Part shown: positions 10,160 to 20,996 of the stretch, piece by piece
How the letters are laid out: each line of letters opens with the position of its first letter
How positions within the stretch are numbered: position 1 is the stretch's first letter
NCBI GenBank assembly: GCA_949283525.1
Contig: CASDSK010000038.1
Coordinates: forward strand, 1 to 64,000
Direction of reading: 5' to 3'
DNA length: 64,000 nt
From: an uncultured Eubacteriales bacterium
GTDB lineage: Bacteria; Bacillota; Clostridia; Christensenellales; UBA1242
Program-made: the position numbers and the translations under genes
The notes under the pieces: model-generated
Databases searched by the model: none
Seen by the model: the letters and a program-made list of their open reading frames with translations, nothing else
What the model was told of the DNA's origin: nothing

Positions 10160-11493
10160 TATTCACTCCTTTTTATGATTTGACCTAATAAGTCATATTC
10201 ATAATACCCTATTATTTTGACTTCATAAAAACTTCCTTGTTTTAATCCATCTATTACATCACAATATATAACAGTGTCAACATCTGGTGAATTATATTCA
10301 CTTCTCATAATAACACTATTATCCGTAATTTCATCGCAAACACATAATATCGTTTGCCCAACTAAATTTTGGTTGTTTTGTTTAACTATATTTTTTTGAA
10401 TATTATACAATTTTTTTCTTCTTAATTTTTTTGTTAGTTTATTAACCTGATGAGGCAAGTTATAGGCTGGAGTATTCTCTTCTCGAGAATATTCAAAAAT
10501 TCCTACATTGTCAAGTTTAAATTCTTTCAAAAAATTTTTAAGTAAAATGAAATCTTGATGCGTTTCATCTGGAAAACCAACTATAAATGAACTTCTTATA
10601 GAAATTTTATTTGATTGACTTTTTATATTGTTAATAAGTTTTATTATAGATTCATAATTACTTTTTCTATTCATTCTTTTTAAAATTTTATCACTTACGT
10701 GTTGTAAAGGAATATCAATATATTTACACATTTTATTTTCTGTATTAATAAAGTTAATTAAATCATCACTAATCAATTCAGGATAACAGTAATGTAATCT
10801 TATCCATTTTATGTCATCAATTTTAATTAATTCTTTTAATAAATCAAGTAATGCGTATTTTTGATATAAATCTACTCCATACCTTGTAACATCCTGAGCT
10901 ACAATTATAATTTCTTTTACACCATTTAAAGCAAGTGCTTTACATTCTTGTGTAATATCTTCAATTGTTCGGCTTCTAAATCTACCTCTAATTTTTGGAA
11001 TTGTACAATATGTACAAAAATTATCACACCCATCTGCAATTTTAACATATGCATAATGATTCGGTGTAGACAAAATTCTTGCTGGTGCCAAATACAAACA
11101 ATTATGTTTAAATTCTTCATCATAAAGCTCATAAATTAGTTGTGCAATTTTATCATAATCATTTATATCTACAAGTAAATCTATTGAACCTATATTATCA
11201 CGTAATTCTTCACCGTTTCTGGAAACCAAACATCCACATACAATTAATTTCTCTAAATTGTTCTGTTTCAGTTGTTCTACTTCCAAAATTTTATTAATTG
11301 ATTCTTGTTGTGCACTTAATATAAATGCACAAGTATTAACGATTATTATGTTTGCTTGCTTAAGATCACTGCATATTTCAAATCCAGCATCTTTTAGTAA
11401 ATATAATATTTTTTCACTATCAACAGTATTTTTATCGCAACCTAAACTAATAACTGATACTTTTTTCTCATTAGGGTTCATTTTTTTCTCCAT
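10159..11493 (-). CDS. rimO: Radical-SAM methylthiotransferase, probably RimO (ribosomal protein S12 methylthiotransferase).
   Basis: N-terminal MTTase domain, radical SAM CTYCTIP, and a C-terminal TRAM domain ending ..YEYDLLG like RimO. Confidence 0.65.
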   Translation of the reverse strand: MEKKMNPNEKKVSVISLGCDKNTVDSEKILYLLKDAGFEICSDLKQANIIIVNTCAFILSAQQESINKILEVEQLKQNNLEKLIVCGCLVSRNGEELRDNIGSIDLLVDINDYDKIAQLIYELYDEEFKHNCLYLAPARILSTPNHYAYVKIADGCDNFCTYCTIPKIRGRFRSRTIEDITQECKALALNGVKEIIIVAQDVTRYGVDLYQKYALLDLLKELIKIDDIKWIRLHYCYPELISDDLINFINTENKMCKYIDIPLQHVSDKILKRMNRKSNYESIIKLINNIKSQSNKISIRSSFIVGFPDETHQDFILLKNFLKEFKLDNVGIFEYSREENTPAYNLPHQVNKLTKKLRRKKLYNIQKNIVKQNNQNLVGQTILCVCDEITDNSVIMRSEYNSPDVDTVIYCDVIDGLKQGSFYEVKIIGYYEYDLLGQIIKRSE

Positions 11494-14118
11494 TTAATTT
11501 TTATCCCCGTATAGTCTCAAAAATTCTTCCATTGTAATAAATATTTGCCTTGGTTTAGTGCCATCAGCTTTAGAAATATATTGTTTATTTTCTAATTCAT
11601 CTACAATCCTTGCTGCCCTATTATAGCCGATGCTAAACCTTCTTTGTATAGAAGAAATAGAGCAAATTTGCGTTTCAATTGCATTCCTTAAAACTGGTAT
11701 GAAATATTCATCCTTTGTTGCGTCAGCCCCGTCTCCAAAACTTAATTCGCTAGTTTTTTCAATCATAATAGCTTTCTCTATTTCAGGGTCATAATCGCAG
11801 GCATTATGTTCCTTAATGAATTTAACAATTGATGCTACTTCTTGTTGTGAAATGAAAGGACCTAATAGACGAGTAGGTTCTTCTCCTCGTGGGCAATAAA
11901 GCATATCACCTCTACCTAATAATTTTTCTGCCCCACTTTGTTCAATGATAGTTTTACTATCATTATAATTTGTAAGCGCAAAGGCAATTCTTGAAGGTAA
12001 GTTTGCTTTAATAGTTCCTGTGATTATATCTACTGAAGGTCTTTGTGTTGCCAAAATTAAATGTATACCACTAGATCTAGCCTTTTGTGATAATTTTAAA
12101 ATTTTTTCTTCAATTTCTTTTCTAGTGTTAATCATCAAATCTGCTAACTCATCTACCATAATGACAATTTTGTACATTTTTTGAATTGTACCATTTTTAA
12201 CTTCTGGTAAATCATTATATTCGTCTATACTACGAACATAATGTTGTCCAAATACTCTATTACGTCTTTCCATTTCATCACAAGCCCAAGCTAATGCACT
12301 AACTGCTTGAGTAGGTTCGGTTATTATTTTTGGCAATAATAAATGTGGTAAATTTTCATAAATATTGAATTCAACAAATTTAGGGTCTATCAATATAATT
12401 CTTACATCATCTGGAGATGCTTTATATAATAGTGATATTATTATTGCATTCATACAAACTGATTTACCACTACCAGTTGAACCAGCTACCAAAGTGTGTA
12501 CTAATTTCCCGACATCTGATAAAACGGGTCTATTTGTTATATCTTTACCCAAGGCAAATGTCAATGGAGAAGTTGATTCTCTAAACTGTTTTGTGTCTAT
12601 TATATCTCTTAAACCAACTGTATCGACTTTGTCATTAGGAACCTCAATACCAAATGCGTTTTTTCCGGGGATAGGCGCTTCAATTCTTATTGCCTTTCGG
12701 CTCTCAAGTACCATTGAAATATCATTTGAATATTGTAAAACTTTATTAACTGTTATTCCTTGTGGCATTTCAAATTCGTACCTAGTAATCGCAGGTCCTC
12801 TAGTTACCCCTACACATTTGACTGAGATTTTAAATTCCTCAAACTTTTCTTCAATCGTGTGAGCTTTTTCTTCAAATTTTTCCTGAGTCATTGAAGGTAT
12901 AGAACTTTGAGTTGTCAATAATTCAAGTGGTGGTTTAACATATTTATGTGATTTTTTTGGCTTAGCATTTTCTTTTATATTTGTTGCTTCAGGTGTCTTT
13001 ATTATAGAATCTATTTGTCCTATTATATCATCAACTTTGTTTTCGTTAGTTATATAAGCATTATTTTTCTTGTTTTCACTTTTTGTAAGACCTAATTTAT
13101 TAAAAGCGTCATTTTCGCCATTATTGTTAATATCATTATCAAATGTGCTATCTCTACTTTCTAAGCCTTTATTGTAATCATAATCATTAGAATATTTTTT
13201 TTCTTGCAAAATAGTCTGTGGTTTTCCTATAAATTCAGTGTCATTTGTTTCATTTATTATAATCTTTTGTGGTTTAAGTGGAGTTAAAATATTTTCATCA
13301 GCATTGTTTTCAATTTTATTATTAGTTTGACTTTGTAAATAATAATCAGAACTAATGATGTCATTATATATTGTAGGGTCAACTTTTGTAACTTTAACTT
13401 TCTCTTTTTGTTTAATGTTAATTATCTTAGGTTGGCTAGGAGTTAATAAATCATCTATTTTTTCATCTTTTTCTTTTTCAAGTTTAGCATTTAACGTCAA
13501 TGGCATTGAAATAAATGTTGGCATATTTTTATTTTTTTCCATTGTAGCATTAGGGACCTTCATTGTTTGAGTTTTATTTGCATTTTTATTAATTTTTATT
13601 TTTTCAGTATTTGTGGACATAATTTGATTATTTAATTTGATATGCCTATAATGAAATTGTTTGTCTAAACAAATGCAAAAAAATACTATCATTAATATTA
13701 CAAATAAACATATAACTGCTTCTAATGGTAATAATAATCTTAAAGGTAAAAGAAAAAATGAAAATATTGCTCCTGCTGGAGTTACATTTTTGAAAGGATA
13801 TTCCATACAATCTACAAAACTTAACTTAAAGGAGCTATTGCATAAAGAAAGATGAATTATACACATCATAGAAATTGCGATTATGCATAACGAAGTTATA
13901 AAACTTTTTGTAAACTTGTTTTTATATCCCAAAATCTTCGAAATAGACCAAGAAATTAATAATAATAAGATTATGTAAACACTTACACCAAATACGCCAA
14001 GTAATATATGATTTAATAAATCTAGAACTGAAAACGCAATGCAAATCAATAAGACAATTGATACAAATAAGACAATAAGCGCTGTAGTGTTTTCACGGGT
14101 TAAAATTTTACGAAACAT
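11494..14118 (-). CDS. ftsK: DNA translocase FtsK/SpoIIIE.
   Basis: N-terminal TM domain, linker, motor domain with GSTGSGKS, and a C-terminal gamma domain. Confidence 0.9.
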   Translation of the reverse strand: MFRKILTRENTTALIVLFVSIVLLICIAFSVLDLLNHILLGVFGVSVYIILLLLISWSISKILGYKNKFTKSFITSLCIIAISMMCIIHLSLCNSSFKLSFVDCMEYPFKNVTPAGAIFSFFLLPLRLLLPLEAVICLFVILMIVFFCICLDKQFHYRHIKLNNQIMSTNTEKIKINKNANKTQTMKVPNATMEKNKNMPTFISMPLTLNAKLEKEKDEKIDDLLTPSQPKIINIKQKEKVKVTKVDPTIYNDIISSDYYLQSQTNNKIENNADENILTPLKPQKIIINETNDTEFIGKPQTILQEKKYSNDYDYNKGLESRDSTFDNDINNNGENDAFNKLGLTKSENKKNNAYITNENKVDDIIGQIDSIIKTPEATNIKENAKPKKSHKYVKPPLELLTTQSSIPSMTQEKFEEKAHTIEEKFEEFKISVKCVGVTRGPAITRYEFEMPQGITVNKVLQYSNDISMVLESRKAIRIEAPIPGKNAFGIEVPNDKVDTVGLRDIIDTKQFRESTSPLTFALGKDITNRPVLSDVGKLVHTLVAGSTGSGKSVCMNAIIISLLYKASPDDVRIILIDPKFVEFNIYENLPHLLLPKIITEPTQAVSALAWACDEMERRNRVFGQHYVRSIDEYNDLPEVKNGTIQKMYKIVIMVDELADLMINTRKEIEEKILKLSQKARSSGIHLILATQRPSVDIITGTIKANLPSRIAFALTNYNDSKTIIEQSGAEKLLGRGDMLYCPRGEEPTRLLGPFISQQEVASIVKFIKEHNACDYDPEIEKAIMIEKTSELSFGDGADATKDEYFIPVLRNAIETQICSISSIQRRFSIGYNRAARIVDELENKQYISKADGTKPRQIFITMEEFLRLYGDKN

Positions 14119-14199
14119 ATAATCTCCTTAACGTATTTTATTTAGGGACATTATATCACAAAAGTTTTTTTTAGACAACAAAAAAAACTACTTTGGCTA

Positions 14200-14237
14200 A
14201 TAAAAAAAGACAAAATTATCTTAAAAATTTTGTCTTT
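14200..14237 (-). terminator. Rho-independent terminator downstream of the deacetylase gene.
   Basis: The aagacaaaat/attttgtctt stem is followed by U7 on the minus strand. Confidence 0.55.
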
Positions 14238-14246
14238 AAATGTAAT

Positions 14247-14948
14247 TTATTCTACAATATTTAAACACTTAGAAACAGTTGTGATTTTTAAATTATTTTT
14301 ATTACAATAATCAATAATTTTTGGTAATGCTTCTAAAGTGTTTTGAGTTGGGTGCATTAAAACTAAATCGCCATTTTTTAAATTATTTGTCGCCCTTTTG
14401 TAGATTAAATCTGTATTTTTATCTCTCCAGTCAATTGTATCTTTAGACCACATTATTGTTTTATAGTTTAAAGCAGATGCAACTTTTAATGTTGTATTAT
14501 TGAAATCACCTGAAGGAGGAGCAAATAAATTAGTTTGTACATTACAAAGGTTTTTTACGACTTCTTGACACATATAAATTTCATTATAATTTTGTTCATA
14601 AGTTAGTTTTGAATGAGATTTATGATTAAAACCATGGTTGCCAATTTCATGGCCATCAGATACTATCTTATTCAAAATTTCAGAATATTTATTTGCCCAT
14701 GACCCACCAACAAAAAATGTCGTGGTTGCATTATTATCTTTTAGTACTTTTAGCATTGGCTCAATATACTCATTTCCCCAATAAACATTAATCATTAAAG
14801 AGACTTGTGGCAAATTAGCATCACCGCAATAATATGGCTCATAATTATTTTGGTTAAAAACACTTTTAATACTATTATCATAAGTAATGCAAAAAAGTGC
14901 AAAAAGCATACCAACTATACATAAATTAGATAATATTTTCAAATTCAT
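14247..14948 (-). CDS. Polysaccharide deacetylase (NodB homology, YlxY-like) with an N-terminal membrane anchor.
   Basis: TFFVGGSW...HEIGNHGFNH motifs. Position between pnp and ftsK matches Bacillus ylxY. Confidence 0.75.
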   Translation of the reverse strand: MNLKILSNLCIVGMLFALFCITYDNSIKSVFNQNNYEPYYCGDANLPQVSLMINVYWGNEYIEPMLKVLKDNNATTTFFVGGSWANKYSEILNKIVSDGHEIGNHGFNHKSHSKLTYEQNYNEIYMCQEVVKNLCNVQTNLFAPPSGDFNNTTLKVASALNYKTIMWSKDTIDWRDKNTDLIYKRATNNLKNGDLVLMHPTQNTLEALPKIIDYCNKNNLKITTVSKCLNIVE

Positions 14949-15025
14949 AAAAACTCCATTATTTATGTATATGATAGCAATTACAAAAATTTAACTAAAA
15001 AATGTTTAAAGAAATTCTTTAAACA

Positions 15026-17116
15026 TTAATTTTTTTGTATAAGTCTTAAATCTATTCTACCTCTATTATCTACCTTAATCACTTCTACTTTAACTTTGTC
15101 ACCAACATTAACAACATCTTCAGTTTTATCTATGTGTTTGTCAGATAATTTTGAAATGTGAATTAAACCTTCTTTGTTAGGTGCTAAATCTACAAACGCA
15201 CCAAAATTGCTAGTTTTGATAACAGTTCCATTCAAAATCATACCAACAGTAATATCTTGCACAATACTTTGAATAAGTTCTTTGGCTCTTTCTATCTTTT
15301 GACTATCTAGTCCACCTATTGTTACAAAACCGTCATCTTCAATATCAATTTTTACACCAGTTTCATCAATAATTTTATTTATATTTTTACCACCAGTTCC
15401 AATAACATCTTTAATTTTTTCTGGGTCAATATTAAATGAAGTGATTTTAGGAGCATAAGGAGATAATTCATTTCTAGGCATATTAATTGTTTCAAGCATT
15501 TTATTCATAATAAATAGTCTACCAATTCTTGCTTTTTCTAAGGCCGTTTTTAAAATATTTTCGTCAATGCCTTTTATCTTAATATCCATTTGTATTGCAG
15601 TAATACCTGTTTCAGTTCCTGCTATTTTAAAATCCATATCTCCATAAAAATCTTCTTCACCCTGAATGTCCGTTAAAACAAAAATTTTATCTTCATCCTT
15701 AATTAACCCCATAGCTATTCCAGCTACTGGAGATGATATTGGAACACCAGCATCCATTAATGCTAATGTTGAACCACAAACACTCGCTTGTGAAGTTGAC
15801 CCATTTGAACTTAAAACTTCGGAAACTGTTCTTATTGCATATGGGAATTCTTCTTCAGTAGGCAAAACTGGTTCTAATGCCCTTTCTGCTAGTGCTCCGT
15901 GTCCAATTTCTCGTCTCCCAGGGCTTCTTAACATTTTTGCTTCACCTGTACTGTATGGTGGCATATTATAATGGTGCATATATCTTTTTTCTTCTTCCTG
16001 TTCTTCAAGCCCTTCAACTTTTTGCATTTCACTAAGCATTCCTAAGGTACAAGTTGTTAAAACTTGAGTTTGCCCACGTGTGAAAACACCTGAGCCGTGA
16101 ACTCTAGGTAAAATTCCTACTTCACACCATATTGGACGTATTTCGTCTAACTTTCTTCCGTCTAATCTTATCTCTTTAGTTTTAATATTATTTCTAACCT
16201 TTTTCTTAGTCATTTCAAATAATGAACTATCTACAAGGTTTTCAATATTGTCAATTTCAGGATAATTTTTTTGAAATAATTCACAAACTTCTTCTTTAAG
16301 CTTTTTATTTCTTTCTTGCCTTTCTTCTCTAATAAATGTACTTAGTACATAATCTAACTTTTTATCAGCATACTCTTGAATTTCATTTTCTATTTTACTA
16401 ACCAAGTCATCTTCAACTTTTGGTGCTTTTTTCTCTTTGCTAAAGCATTTAATAATTTCTTGTTGAAACTCAATTTGCTTCTTTATTTCATTGTGTCCAA
16501 ACATTATAGCATTAAGCATTGTTTCTTCATCTACAAACTTAGCACCAGCCTCTACCATTAAAACAGCATCGTGTGTACCAGCTACAGTCAAATTTAATAA
16601 GCTTTTTTCTCTCTGTTCAAAGTCAGGGTTAATGATAAATTTGTTATCAATTAAAGCAACATTAACTGCTCCAGATGGGCCTTCAAATGGTGTTGAAGAA
16701 ATTGACAATGCTATACTTGCTCCAAGCATTGCTAAAACTTCAGGTGAAACATCAGCATCAATTGATAATGGTGTAGCTACTATAGAAATGTCATTATGAA
16801 AATTTTTTGGAAACAATGGTCTTAACGGCCTATCAATTAATCTAGAAACCAAAATGGCTTTGTCAGTTGGTTTTCCTTCTCGCCTTTTGTAGCCACCAGG
16901 GATTTTACCAACAGCGTATAACTTTTCTTCATAATCAACGCTTAAAGGCAAAAAGTCAACACCATCTCTTGGCTTTTCTGCCACTGTAACATTTACCATA
17001 ACCATAGTATCTTGGCATCTAACAATGCAAGAACCATCTGCCTGCATAGCGTATTTACCAATTTCGACAGTTAATTTTTTGTTTCCGTAAGTTGTTTCAA
17101 AAGTTTTATAATTCAT
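15026..17116 (-). CDS. pnp: Polyribonucleotide nucleotidyltransferase (PNPase).
   Basis: Full-length PNPase: two RNase PH domains plus KH and S1 domains. Confidence 0.95.
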   Translation of the reverse strand: MNYKTFETTYGNKKLTVEIGKYAMQADGSCIVRCQDTMVMVNVTVAEKPRDGVDFLPLSVDYEEKLYAVGKIPGGYKRREGKPTDKAILVSRLIDRPLRPLFPKNFHNDISIVATPLSIDADVSPEVLAMLGASIALSISSTPFEGPSGAVNVALIDNKFIINPDFEQREKSLLNLTVAGTHDAVLMVEAGAKFVDEETMLNAIMFGHNEIKKQIEFQQEIIKCFSKEKKAPKVEDDLVSKIENEIQEYADKKLDYVLSTFIREERQERNKKLKEEVCELFQKNYPEIDNIENLVDSSLFEMTKKKVRNNIKTKEIRLDGRKLDEIRPIWCEVGILPRVHGSGVFTRGQTQVLTTCTLGMLSEMQKVEGLEEQEEEKRYMHHYNMPPYSTGEAKMLRSPGRREIGHGALAERALEPVLPTEEEFPYAIRTVSEVLSSNGSTSQASVCGSTLALMDAGVPISSPVAGIAMGLIKDEDKIFVLTDIQGEEDFYGDMDFKIAGTETGITAIQMDIKIKGIDENILKTALEKARIGRLFIMNKMLETINMPRNELSPYAPKITSFNIDPEKIKDVIGTGGKNINKIIDETGVKIDIEDDGFVTIGGLDSQKIERAKELIQSIVQDITVGMILNGTVIKTSNFGAFVDLAPNKEGLIHISKLSDKHIDKTEDVVNVGDKVKVEVIKVDNRGRIDLRLIQKN

Positions 17117-17162
17117 ATACTGCTCCTTTGTATATTACACCATATCAAGTGTATTATTTATA

Positions 17163-17220
17163 TGAAATACACAATAATTTGTGTATTCTAATTATTTTAA
17201 AAAAGCCCAAATTGGGCTTT
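17163..17220 (-). terminator. rpsO terminator/attenuator plus pnp-leader hairpin.
   Basis: Minus strand: a gcccaa-ttt-ggc hairpin followed by a U-run at 17198-17220, and a second stem at 17163-17189 (gaaatacaca/tgtgtattc) in the pnp 5' leader. Confidence 0.6.
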
Positions 17221-17223
17221 AAA

Positions 17224-17475
17224 TTACCTAATACCTAATTCAGAAGCAATTTTTCTAAATTGTTCGATATCAGTTCTTTTGAGATAATTAATTAAACCAC
17301 TTCTTTGACCTACTAATTTAAGTAACCCACGACGAGTGTGATTGTCTTTTGGGTGTTGTTTTAAATGTTCGTTTAAGTGTTTAATTCTCGCTGTAAGTAA
17401 GGCAATTTGAACACTAGTAGACCCAGTATCTTTTTCGTCTTTACCAAATTTAGCGATAATTTCTTTCTTATCCAT
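17224..17475 (-). CDS. rpsO: 30S ribosomal protein S15.
   Basis: [13 protein letters not shown]...HLK.H.KD.H.RRGLL blocks. Lies upstream of pnp. Confidence 0.9.
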   Translation of the reverse strand: MDKKEIIAKFGKDEKDTGSTSVQIALLTARIKHLNEHLKQHPKDNHTRRGLLKLVGQRSGLINYLKRTDIEQFRKIASELGIR

Positions 17476-17583
17476 AATTTTCTCCTTCTATAATTTACTC
17501 CTTAAGCAAGGTAAAGCGTCGGAGATGCGACAAAACTTTGCATAAGGTATTACAATAATAACATAATTTTAAAAATTTGTCAA
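17476..17583 (-). promoter_or_regulatory. rpsO promoter plus structured 5' leader, a putative S15 autoregulatory element.
   Basis: Minus strand: -35 TTGACA, a 17-nt spacer, -10 TATTAT. The GC-rich leader has a ccttatgc/gcttaagg stem that sequesters the AAGGAG SD and an internal gtcg-catctc-cgac hairpin. Confidence 0.45.
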
Positions 17584-17592
17584 CAAAATTAT

Positions 17593-19227
17593 TTATAAAT
17601 AATTATCTGGTAAATCATTATAAAATAATATAATACAATTTTCTTTATCAATTTTATTTATTATTGTATTAATTAAATTCAAATTTTCAATCTGTAATAC
17701 TTTATTCATATCAAAATTTTTATTAATTAAACCCTGTTTAATATCCAAAGAGTGTGTAATATTAACTATTATTACTTCATCTGCTATTTCAGCAATTCTT
17801 TCACCAAAATCAATGTTGGCTTGTTTTTCAATTTTTCCCAATTCAACTAGACCGGGTGTAACTATTATTTTGTAACCATCAAACAATTTTAAAATGTTTA
17901 GTGCTTTCTTACTCCCTTCTATACTGCCGTTATAAGAATCATCCAATATTGTTATGTTTTCGTTAACATTAATTAATTGTAATCTATGATCAACTGGTTG
18001 TAACCTACTGATACCATTAGCAATTTGCGTTAAGTTTAATCCTAATTCATATGATATTGCAACTGCCGTTAAAATATTCTCTATGTTATGTTCTCCAACT
18101 AATTTGGTATTGCATTTTATATTATCATTATTTAGATGCAAAACAAAATCAGTACCATTTCTACTAGTTTTTATCTCATCTGCATAAATATTGTATTTTT
18201 CGTTAAATCCTGTTATATATTTTTTTATTTTAGTTTTGTCATACAACTCTTGACAAATTTTATTTTCTCCATTAAAAACTATTGTGCCATCGTTTTTTGC
18301 CAAAGCTTCTACAATTTCATATTTAGTTTCAGTTATTGTTTCTATATTTTTGAATGTTTGTAAATGTTGCTCTCCAACACTTGTTATTATTCCATATTTA
18401 GGTTCGACTAAATCACATAATTCTTTAATATCCCCTTTAAATCTTGCTCCCATTTCTGCGATTAAGACTTGATGCGAAAAATCTAAATATTGAATAATAG
18501 ATTTTGTAATTCCCATAGGTGTATTATAACTAAATGGACTAGCACAAACAGAATATTTTTCACTTAATATTGTCTGCAAAAAAAATTTTGTACTAGTTTT
18601 CCCAAAACTTCCTGTAATGCCAATTTTAATTAAATTAGGGTTTGTCTTTAATTTCTTTTTTGCTTGTTTAATGTAATGCTTATAGATACATTTTTCTAAA
18701 GGCAATAGAATTATATTTACAAAAGGAACAAGAATTGGTAAAAGTATTGGCACCAAAGCTATTGCCGCATATCTAATTGGGTCTAAAAATTGAGTAAATA
18801 ACCAAATCAATAAAAATGTTATTACAGCAGAAATTATTATGAAAACCACTCTTAACCTATTGATACGATTTGTAATTTTTAAGGGTGTTTTTTGAGGTGC
18901 ATTATATAAATTTTTTATAAACACTATAGTTAGGTAAAAATAAAAAATCAAACCTAAATATGCCCAAAAATCATTTATATTTTGTGTATCTAAAATAACA
19001 TTAGTTACAATCATTAAGGCTAAACTTAATATTGACAACATAAATAATCTTGAAATATATCTCGCTTTGGTATCCTTAATCCAAACAAAATATTCCTTTG
19101 TTCTGTAGTTTGACAATTGTAAAATTTGAAAAAATTTATAAGAAACAAACCACATAAGTACTGCGTTTACTACCGATAAACCTATAGCAATGTATAAATG
19201 AATATTACTTAAATCAATAAAATTCAT
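17593..19227 (-). CDS. murF: MurF-like Mur ligase (UDP-MurNAc-tripeptide--D-Ala-D-Ala ligase family) fused to an N-terminal domain of about 190 aa with 5 TM helices.
   Basis: P-loop GITGSFGKTSTK, MurF-type LDDSYNGS block and a Mur ligase C domain. The first 190 residues are hydrophobic helices with no soluble MurF N domain. Confidence 0.6.
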   Translation of the reverse strand: MNFIDLSNIHLYIAIGLSVVNAVLMWFVSYKFFQILQLSNYRTKEYFVWIKDTKARYISRLFMLSILSLALMIVTNVILDTQNINDFWAYLGLIFYFYLTIVFIKNLYNAPQKTPLKITNRINRLRVVFIIISAVITFLLIWLFTQFLDPIRYAAIALVPILLPILVPFVNIILLPLEKCIYKHYIKQAKKKLKTNPNLIKIGITGSFGKTSTKFFLQTILSEKYSVCASPFSYNTPMGITKSIIQYLDFSHQVLIAEMGARFKGDIKELCDLVEPKYGIITSVGEQHLQTFKNIETITETKYEIVEALAKNDGTIVFNGENKICQELYDKTKIKKYITGFNEKYNIYADEIKTSRNGTDFVLHLNNDNIKCNTKLVGEHNIENILTAVAISYELGLNLTQIANGISRLQPVDHRLQLINVNENITILDDSYNGSIEGSKKALNILKLFDGYKIIVTPGLVELGKIEKQANIDFGERIAEIADEVIIVNITHSLDIKQGLINKNFDMNKVLQIENLNLINTIINKIDKENCIILFYNDLPDNYL

Positions 19228-19967
19228 GATAAAAATTCCTTTATTATTTTATTTACAACTTTTGTTTGTTCTAAATAACAAAAATGTGTTGCATTTTTGA
19301 TTACAAACAACTGACTGTTTTTAATATTTCTATTAATCTTTTTGGCCATATAAAGTGGCGTGTCTTTGTCATTTCTCCCCCAAATAATCAGTGTATCACA
19401 AGTAATTTTATTTAAATAACAAGTTAAGTCCTCATTAATAATTTTATTAAATACAATTTTTTGTTCATCGTCTAAGCACTTATAATCACTAGAACCATAC
19501 TTATCTAAGATTTTTTTATCTCTCATTTTATGTTTAACTAAAAATTTATTAAATTTATATTTCATAATTTTTGTGCTTTTAATTAACGATTTTCTTGGTC
19601 TCACCCCAGCGCTATCTATTAAAATAATTTTATTAATTAAATTTACTTGTTTGCTTGCTAAAATAATAGCTATCCTTCCACCGAATGAGTGTCCAACTAT
19701 AATAACATTTGTTAAATTAAGAAAATTTATTAATTTTAAAACTGCATCAGCATATGTATAAACGTCAAAATCTCTAGTAGGTTTGTCACTTTGACCAAAT
19801 CCAAAAAAATCTAAAGTTACAATATTGTAGTTATCAAAAGAGTTAAACAATTTAGTTAAACTTAAATGATTGCCACCCCACCCATGAAGAAAAACAACTG
19901 TTTGTGTTTTATTTTTATTATAAAATTGATAAAACATTTTTTTTGAATTGTAATCAAGAATCATCAC
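19224..19967 (-). CDS. Alpha/beta-fold hydrolase.
   Basis: Nucleophile elbow GHSFGG, HGWGG oxyanion region and a C-terminal His. Confidence 0.6.
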   Translation of the reverse strand: MMILDYNSKKMFYQFYNKNKTQTVVFLHGWGGNHLSLTKLFNSFDNYNIVTLDFFGFGQSDKPTRDFDVYTYADAVLKLINFLNLTNVIIVGHSFGGRIAIILASKQVNLINKIILIDSAGVRPRKSLIKSTKIMKYKFNKFLVKHKMRDKKILDKYGSSDYKCLDDEQKIVFNKIINEDLTCYLNKITCDTLIIWGRNDKDTPLYMAKKINRNIKNSQLFVIKNATHFCYLEQTKVVNKIIKEFLS

Positions 19968-20382
19968 TCCACTCCATTAAAATAGCATCTTCTTCTTTTC
20001 CGTAGTAATTCTTCCTTATTCCATTCTGTAAAAAATTGTTTTTTTTGTAAAAATTAATTGCCTTTTTGTTTTTGCAGTTAACTTCTAAATATATTTTTTT
20101 TATATTTACAATTTGCTTTATATAATTAATTAACTTAGTCCCATACCCCATTTTTTGTTTTTTTTCATCAACACCAATTTTAAAAATTTCGTAATAATCT
20201 AAATTTTGATAAATGATTATATAGCCTAAAATTTCTTCTTCAATTTCTGCTAAAATCATATATTTTTCATCACGCATCATTGCTTCAAGTTGTTTATCAT
20301 CATAAGCACTGTCACCAAATAATTTTTTTTCTAATTTGGCTAATTGTGATAATAATATTGAATTATTTATTTTAGTTATCAT
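19954..20382 (-). CDS. rimI: GNAT N-acetyltransferase, RimI-like.
   Basis: GNAT motif A (QKMGYGTKLI). Sits in the tsaE-tsaB-rimI arrangement. Confidence 0.6.
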   Translation of the reverse strand: MITKINNSILLSQLAKLEKKLFGDSAYDDKQLEAMMRDEKYMILAEIEEEILGYIIIYQNLDYYEIFKIGVDEKKQKMGYGTKLINYIKQIVNIKKIYLEVNCKNKKAINFYKKNNFLQNGIRKNYYGKEEDAILMEWSDDS

Positions 20383-20996
20383 TTTTTTCCTTTTTTTTGC
20401 ACTTCAGCTTGCGATAATCTTAGATACATTGGTTCAACATTAATTGGTTCCTTTGCTAGTGCAATATTTTCCAAAATTACATTCTTCATATTTAATTTTT
20501 CAATTGTTTCTAATTGACAATTAAATTCATTTAAATTATCACAACTACAAATATAGTTTTCGAAATTAATTATATTATCTAATTCACTTTTTTGCAATAA
20601 TTGATATGAGATAATTTTGCCATTACAAATTGTTCCAAGAAAGTACTCATCTTTAATCCCTTTCATAACAGCATATTGACAATTGTTCAAAGTATTGTAT
20701 GCTATAAGTGTCAAAGTGTCTATAGGTATAATTTTTATTTTTAAAGCATTGGCTAGCCCTTTAGCTACTGCCAACCCTATTCTTATACCTGTAAAACTCC
20801 CTGGTCCAATACATACACCAATATAATCTAATGAAGAAACGTTAATTTTAGCATTGTTTAATATTTCATCAATTTGCGATAATAATGTTATTGAGTGTTG
20901 AACACTTCCATCACTAACAGATTCATAACTACCATTATCTGTAATTAAACAAACGTAACTTTGTTTTAAACACGTATTTAAACATAAAATATTCAT
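20379..20996 (-). CDS. tsaB: tRNA threonylcarbamoyladenosine biosynthesis protein TsaB.
   Basis: GPGSFTGIRIG block of the YeaZ/TsaB family. Confidence 0.75.
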   Translation of the reverse strand: MNILCLNTCLKQSYVCLITDNGSYESVSDGSVQHSITLLSQIDEILNNAKINVSSLDYIGVCIGPGSFTGIRIGLAVAKGLANALKIKIIPIDTLTLIAYNTLNNCQYAVMKGIKDEYFLGTICNGKIISYQLLQKSELDNIINFENYICSCDNLNEFNCQLETIEKLNMKNVILENIALAKEPINVEPMYLRLSQAEVQKKGKK

